Of a stretch of DNA of 64,000 bases, positions 56,919 to 64,000 are shown piece by piece. Each line of letters begins with the position of its first letter. Position 1 is the stretch's first letter. The stretch is from sequence record OQ992561.1; one strand, 5' to 3'. The position numbers and the translations under genes are program-made. Under the pieces are notes generated by a model. The model ran no database searches. It saw nothing but the letters and a program-made list of their open reading frames with translations, and was not told the origin of the DNA.

Positions 56919-56946
56919 ATTTATTTTGTGATTAGAGGAATAAAAA

Positions 56947-57090
56947 ATGGTAGGTTATCGTATTATTGCTTTTAATGGTACTCAGTGGGAATCTCCGAGT
57001 GGGTACACCATTCAGCAAGCGGTGAATGAGTTCCTAAAGAAATATGATTTACATGAATTAGATATTCGCAGTATTACTGCATTGCACTAA
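56947..57090 (+). CDS. 47-aa protein, not in ORF track
   Basis: GAGGA RBS; MVGYRIIAFNG...ALH*. Confidence 0.6.
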   Translation: MVGYRIIAFNGTQWESPSGYTIQQAVNEFLKKYDLHELDIRSITALH

Positions 57091-57118
57091 ATCCAATTTT
57101 AAATAGGAATACGTATTA

Positions 57119-57511
57119 ATGAATTATAATGCAGAGAAATATACCGCACTGCTAGTTTCAATTGCAGCAAACATTGACACTGTAAATAAACTCACCAAAG
57201 AGATTTTATCGTCTTCTGATAATAGGGATTTTCTCTATGATGTGCATCAAATGACTGACATGTCCCTCGCCAGTCTTCATACGCATCTAACTAAAGAAGT
57301 CGAAAAGTTGGTAGAAACAATGGATCTAGTTAAAGATGGTCTATATGTCCAGGATGTTGAACTCATTAAGGGTAAGGGAAACTGGCGACATATCGCGGAT
57401 AATGAACCTACCATCAACGCTATTAAAGCACTGCGTAAACACATTGGCGAAATCAGTGCATTAGAAGCTAGAACTGTTGTTAAAGGTTACAAGGCAGGTG
57501 TCTTAAAATAA
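57119..57511 (+). CDS. protein with C-terminal ribosomal bL12-CTD-like motif
   Basis: INAIKALRKHIGEISALEARTVV resembles I.AIK..R..TG.GL.EAK..V. Confidence 0.5.
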   Translation: MNYNAEKYTALLVSIAANIDTVNKLTKEILSSSDNRDFLYDVHQMTDMSLASLHTHLTKEVEKLVETMDLVKDGLYVQDVELIKGKGNWRHIADNEPTINAIKALRKHIGEISALEARTVVKGYKAGVLK

Positions 57512-57573
57512 CATCGAATAGTATTAAGTCTATCTTCTAGGAGGTATACTTAATAAATCATGAGGAAAATATA

Positions 57574-57903
57574 ATGTCCAATATGAAAAAATCTAGTTTG
57601 AAAGAATTCTTCGAACATATCACTCAGGCTGATCCATTTAATCCTTATTCCTTCATCTACTCCAGACCTATACAATACATTGGTGAAGATAGCGAGTACG
57701 CACTACATGTTACGTATGTGCATGGTGCAGCTTACATTGAAGGTCTTGTTGGCCATGAAGGAATCAGAATCAATGTATTCTACAATAAACTCCAAGGTAT
57801 TCAACTTTGGACATACTTTGATAACGAACCTCGTGTTGATTCATGGCCGTATTATCAAGTTGATGCAGCTTTAGAAGAAATCATCCGCCTAACTAAACTA
57901 TAA
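57574..57903 (+). CDS. hypothetical protein
   Basis: GAGGA RBS. Confidence 0.7.
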   Translation: MSNMKKSSLKEFFEHITQADPFNPYSFIYSRPIQYIGEDSEYALHVTYVHGAAYIEGLVGHEGIRINVFYNKLQGIQLWTYFDNEPRVDSWPYYQVDAALEEIIRLTKL

Positions 57904-57923
57904 ACTCTATTTATAAAAAATAG

Positions 57924-58142
57924 GTGAAGAAAATGATCTATCTGGGATGGTTTACCATTATCTTTGTTACAATGAGTCTATGTCTGTTTTATGTATTTTG
58001 TCACCGTAGTATTCGTGAATCACACCCAGGTGTAATAGAAAAACAGACTACTCGAAAAATTGTTATTTGGGCTGGTATTCTACTGGCACTCGCTTACTTA
58101 AATGAAATCAGCCGAGTCTATATAGAGCAGATAGTAACCTAA
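57924..58142 (+). CDS. small membrane protein (2 TM)
   Basis: Two hydrophobic segments. Confidence 0.65.
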   Translation: MKKMIYLGWFTIIFVTMSLCLFYVFCHRSIRESHPGVIEKQTTRKIVIWAGILLALAYLNEISRVYIEQIVT

Positions 58143-58199
58143 ATATTCAATAACTCCGAAATAATCAAAACTATTTAATATATCAAAAGGAATATTTCA

Positions 58200-58570
58200 A
58201 TGTTCGAAACTCAAGTCGCTCTTACTGATGAACTCTAACAAGCTACGAGGGATACTGACTGACCTCGGTATACTCCCACCTCGCTTTGTTGAGAGCACCG
58301 ATATCCGTGTCGGCAACTTCCGATTTCAGCGCTGGAAAACCCAGGTCCTCAAACCTGCTGCTCCTGGTTATCGGAAGTGGATTGACGTGGGTAGGTTAGA
58401 ATGGGTGGAGGTTAAATACCACCTCAACAAATTACTTAAAGAGAATAATCTCAATATCCAAGAAGAAAGTAATCGGTCTGGATAACCTCCGGAAGCTCCT
58501 GTCAGATCAACTCAACCCGCCACGTCAGTTAACAGACGCTGTACGCGAGAAAAATCTTCACAGCAAGTAA
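58200..58570 (+). pseudogene. hypothetical gene with two apparent +1 insertions (or sequencing errors)
   Basis: Removing one A near 58237 and one near 58472 gives a continuous 122-aa ORF from the AAAGGA-RBS ATG at 58200 to TAA 58570. Confidence 0.55.
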
Positions 58571-58581
58571 CGATATAAGGC

Positions 58582-58599
58582 CCCTCCCTTCGGGTAGGG
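58582..58599 (+). terminator. UUCG hairpin, one mismatch
   Basis: CCCTCCC-TTCG-GGTAGGG. Confidence 0.55.
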
Positions 58600-58631
58600 A
58601 TTGTCTATTCATTTCTTAACAGGAAATTCTA

Positions 58632-58967
58632 ATGGAAGACTTCAAAGAAATCGAGATTTACAGTATGACGTTCATCGACCATTCGGAAAATGCTTCTCGT
58701 GTAGTGATTGCACAGATCACTACTTTGGATGATCGTACTGTTTACGGGGTAATGGAGGTCAATGGTTTCGGCGGTCAGGCCACTACTAATCTGCGTCGAT
58801 TCGAACAGAACCGTCAACACGCTCGTTACTTCTTCACCAAGTCGGTAGCCACTGCTCACGCCGAGGCTTACGTCAAGTACCTGAATGACGACATGGTCGA
58901 ACAAGACTACCTCGACATGAATACTGGCTATAACTACGCCGAATTCATGAACATGGTAAATATCTGA
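58632..58967 (+). CDS. hypothetical protein
   Basis: AGGA RBS, host-like codons. Confidence 0.75.
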   Translation: MEDFKEIEIYSMTFIDHSENASRVVIAQITTLDDRTVYGVMEVNGFGGQATTNLRRFEQNRQHARYFFTKSVATAHAEAYVKYLNDDMVEQDYLDMNTGYNYAEFMNMVNI

Positions 58968-59044
58968 GGTCATCATGGACAAGATGCATTCAATCTTCGA
59001 GTTCAGTAACAAGACCATTTGTAGCTGTTAAAGGAAATTAACTC

Positions 59045-59260
59045 ATGTCAATGAAAATGTATAATGGTCCTTATGGTAATTATAAGGCTGGTACTTATGG
59101 AGCCGTATTAAATGCATTGGCCGAACAAGAAGGTCGACCACTGACGTGGATCGACCAACATGTACTTGGTCAGGGTAAGCTGTTGAAGCGGAGTGATGAA
59201 TCTATCATTGTGGCCACCTGGGAATGGCATGATAATGAAATCGTTTTCAATTTTTCCTAA
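59045..59260 (+). CDS. hypothetical protein
   Basis: AAGGA RBS. Confidence 0.7.
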   Translation: MSMKMYNGPYGNYKAGTYGAVLNALAEQEGRPLTWIDQHVLGQGKLLKRSDESIIVATWEWHDNEIVFNFS

Positions 59261-59544
59261 ACTCAGTAAAGAAGGTCGAGACGGCATAAAAGGAATTCCC
59301 ACTGGCCGCTAAACCAGTGGGGTTCCAAACAGCGCATTCGCGACTACACTGTCAGTAGGTATCATCCAAGAGAACTGCGGATTAGCTACTTACCTATCAT
59401 GGGTATTTTCGCTAGCAGTATTATAACAACACCGTACGTTCTGAAAAGATTAGCCCTCCTGTCGCACCAGGAGGGCTATATGTCGTCAAGTTTAAGCTTG
59501 ACATTTTTTGCCCAAAATGGGCTTTCTTGCAGAGGAGACTTCGA

Positions 59545-59811
59545 ATGAAAGTCTTTGAAACAAGTTCCAGACCTGATCCAATTTATGGATACATAGCTGG
59601 TTTAGAAGTAACAGCATTCAATGGTAAGCCACTAGTCTACGGACGAAATGAGCTAATCAAAATTGCTGTATATGATAATAAAACTTTCCTAGGTTACATT
59701 GGCAATGGTCAGCTTGTAAACATGATTTCTGATGCTAAATGGATTGACGGATCGTCTAACTATCATATTAATTCTAACTCCAGTAATCTTTTGTTCGCTA
59801 GAGTTGCTTAA
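59545..59811 (+). CDS. hypothetical protein
   Basis: GAGGAG RBS before ATG 59545. Confidence 0.65.
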   Translation: MKVFETSSRPDPIYGYIAGLEVTAFNGKPLVYGRNELIKIAVYDNKTFLGYIGNGQLVNMISDAKWIDGSSNYHINSNSSNLLFARVA

Positions 59812-59818
59812 CTTCAAA

Positions 59819-59843
59819 TACCCTCTTCATTGCGAAGAGGGTA
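59819..59843. terminator. bidirectional terminator
   Basis: TACCCTCTTC-ATTGC-GAAGAGGGTA between convergent genes. Confidence 0.75.
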
Positions 59844-59865
59844 ACGTATTATTATTTTTTTTTGT

Positions 59866-62019
59866 TTAATACCAACTATTTCTAGAATATCTGTTAATAC
59901 GCACTCTACGTGTACGCTCTGCACGAGCTTGATTTAACATGGCATCAATACCTACACCACTGCTATCATCAATATTAACACGTTTAGACAATTGTTTCAA
60001 ACGCATTTCTAACTTAGCTGCAATCATCGGGTTCTTTTCACCGCGAAGCTGCTCAATTATCTCTTCAAATTCTTTGCGACCTTGCTGTTCTTTCTCTTCA
60101 TGATATTTTTCAAGTTGACTTGGTTCTTTATCACGTAATTTTGATTTACCTAAGATGGGAACATTGATACCATAATAAGATAAATTCTTACCTTGTATTA
60201 ATAACCAATGGGCTAATAATAATGATACCACTAAGTCATCATGGTTCCCCTTAGCATGGTCAATTCTACCATTACGGATAGTAAGTGCTAATAACTCCGT
60301 GCTAAGTGGTTTATCATAGATGGTCCTTACCCCATAATGCATTGCTGATGGTAATGCCACCTTAAATAGATTATCACGAGAATACTCGCCAGTACCTGAC
60401 GTTGCATAGCCAAAATAACGTTTAAACCTATCATAGAACGATGGTTGTCTTGCTGATAACGGAGTTTGAATGTCTCTGAAATCATTTTCTCTTTCTGATG
60501 ATTCATTGACAATTCTGTTAAAGATACGCCGGAATGGATCTACTCCTTTAGTATGTAGAATCAAGATAACATGGTCAATTAACGATATACCTATTGATTT
60601 ACGTTCTGGTATCCAAAGAATATTAGGATATCTCAATAGCATTGTTGCAAAGAAATTACCCATTGATGGCACTGATGATTCATTGTATCTACCAACACAC
60701 ATAACCTCATGTGTTTCTACATCAACTACAACTGTGCCGGTGGCGTCATTATCTTCACCAAGAAGTTCAGATGGGTCGGTACCCATAACGAACCTACCCT
60801 TCATCATCCGTGAGGCTACTTCTTCTTTTGGTATATACCAACGAAGTGTGTAACCATCATCCGTGATTTCTGTCCAGCTTGGCTCACGCATATTGTTTTT
60901 AAGTTTATCTTTCTCATCTGATGATAAGGGTGAACCTTCACCACCAACTGTCCAGATATTGAAGAAGTCCCTATCGGCAATTTCACCGAATGAACCTGAT
61001 TCACGAAGTGTGTTATATAACCACTCATCGGTACGTCCTAATTGACGGTGGTTAAATGCACCATAAACTAGAGGTTTCTTTCCAGTAGTGCCTTTTTCTA
61101 CAACACGATGTAGAGTTTTCTGATCTGGTAGATCAAAGAATTCCTCTGACCATGGGCAGCCACCTGTTAAGAAGTGATATGCAAATTCACCATCACGGGT
61201 AGTGATGTTACCAGCTGTAGTTGTATAGATGTTACCATAAGGCTGGTTCTCACGGCGAGCTTCATCACGAGCTGCTGAACCTGATGCAAGTGCAACAGGT
61301 AGTGAAACACCAATTAAGTTAATATATGCAAGTTCGTCAAAGTGCATATTTGGTACTGTAAGACCACGACCTAATTTATCAGCTGCGTTAACATCATTTC
61401 GACCAACAGCTGTTAGATACCTATTACCTAATCTAATACATGTCATCAATTCGGAGTTATCCGCATCTAATGGATCAGTATAGTGGATATACTCTGGTAA
61501 CAAATCACGCATTACTTTTAGACGCTCGATGTTAGCATTGCGTAGTTTGTTATCTTTAGTAATAAGGTTAATCTTAGTGTTCTCACCCCAGATATACATC
61601 ATGCCTGTATTGAGCACGTCAGTTGATACGGACTTACCTGTCTGACGAGGCTGTAATAAACCAAAATCTACGTGATTGAAATAACACCAGAATAAAGCAA
61701 TATTACCACGGTTAGCTTGGAATGGAATTGGATTATTACCCGAGTTAGGGGGGATTCTTGCCACTTCCCTAAAAAAATACCAAGGATTATATTTGCATTC
61801 CATGTTAATACGAAACTTCATTTCTTCGCTAAGATTAGGGTCATATGGATCCACCCCAATTAAACCTTGGTCCAATATAGCTAGTATAAATTTGTAATTT
61901 TTAATACCCATCTTTTTATAAGTCAATGCTAACTTTATAAATGATTTATTTTTAGTAGTAAGATCAACACTAGCGCTGTAGTATTTATCCCAATCACTAT
62001 TGAAAAGTATAACGTCCAT
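59866..62019 (-). CDS. terL: terminase large subunit (phiKZ gp25-like)
   Basis: NPWYFFRE, Walker A PRQTGKS, Walker B HFDE, coupling TTTAG, RNase-H GTDPS...HDDLVVS. Confidence 0.92.
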   Translation of the reverse strand: MDVILFNSDWDKYYSASVDLTTKNKSFIKLALTYKKMGIKNYKFILAILDQGLIGVDPYDPNLSEEMKFRINMECKYNPWYFFREVARIPPNSGNNPIPFQANRGNIALFWCYFNHVDFGLLQPRQTGKSVSTDVLNTGMMYIWGENTKINLITKDNKLRNANIERLKVMRDLLPEYIHYTDPLDADNSELMTCIRLGNRYLTAVGRNDVNAADKLGRGLTVPNMHFDELAYINLIGVSLPVALASGSAARDEARRENQPYGNIYTTTAGNITTRDGEFAYHFLTGGCPWSEEFFDLPDQKTLHRVVEKGTTGKKPLVYGAFNHRQLGRTDEWLYNTLRESGSFGEIADRDFFNIWTVGGEGSPLSSDEKDKLKNNMREPSWTEITDDGYTLRWYIPKEEVASRMMKGRFVMGTDPSELLGEDNDATGTVVVDVETHEVMCVGRYNESSVPSMGNFFATMLLRYPNILWIPERKSIGISLIDHVILILHTKGVDPFRRIFNRIVNESSERENDFRDIQTPLSARQPSFYDRFKRYFGYATSGTGEYSRDNLFKVALPSAMHYGVRTIYDKPLSTELLALTIRNGRIDHAKGNHDDLVVSLLLAHWLLIQGKNLSYYGINVPILGKSKLRDKEPSQLEKYHEEKEQQGRKEFEEIIEQLRGEKNPMIAAKLEMRLKQLSKRVNIDDSSGVGIDAMLNQARAERTRRVRINRYSRNSWY

Positions 62020-62120
62020 ACACTGCCCTTTAAGGTACTTATTTTAATGTGCCATAATAAAGCCGTATTGAACGGCAATTGTAAAGTATAGTCTCATATG
62101 GATAATGTGTTAAAAGACGT

Positions 62121-62157
62121 TATAAAGCCCCCTAGGAACCACCTAGGGGGCTTTATA
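62121..62157 (-). terminator. terminator of structural operon
   Basis: TATAAAGCCCCCTAGG-AACCA-CCTAGGGGGCTTTATA. Confidence 0.75.
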
Positions 62158-62158
62158 T

Positions 62159-64000
<1,842 letters not shown>

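Overview
AT-rich, gene-dense segment of a phiKZ-like jumbo phage (Phikzvirus/Chimalliviridae). The assignment rests on four things read from the sequence: a phiKZ-type 717-aa large terminase, the adjacent nrdA/nrdB and DHFR, the six-tRNA set Thr/Asn/Asp/CAT/Pro/Leu, and repeated TATATTAC early-promoter cores with GC-rich UUCG hairpin terminators. By recalled phiKZ gene order (not a database search) the window runs from about gp236 through the conventional genome end/start junction (~49.2-49.4 kb) to gp27. Layout: 1-31.8 kb is a + strand array of small early/accessory genes cut into promoter-terminator cassettes. It includes an RlaP nucleotidyltransferase, an HD alarmone hydrolase, five secreted Cys-pair paralogs, a Zn-deaminase-like protein, a degenerate GIY-YIG, two ART-fold-like proteins, a BCS1-like AAA ATPase, an Ntn-hydrolase-like and a TYW3-like protein. 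31.8-49.1 kb is on the - strand and holds the tRNAs, an FN3/Kelch virion-protein cassette, an inner-head paralog, a glycine-zipper protein and nrdB/nrdA. 49.4-59.8 kb is + strand early genes including DHFR and a probable phiKZ014-like ribosome-binding protein. 59.9-64 kb is - strand terminase and structural genes. The most notable unexplained signals are (i) a TAC-N14-TATGTA promoter found in front of three tRNA units and also in front of two structured non-coding segments (candidate ncRNAs at ~43.0-43.14 kb and ~39.35-39.6 kb), and (ii) an early operon of exported disulfide-bonded paralogs at 6.8-9.9 kb. No CRISPR array, integrase, transposase or intron was seen. All family calls are by-eye motif recognition and need HMM or structure confirmation.
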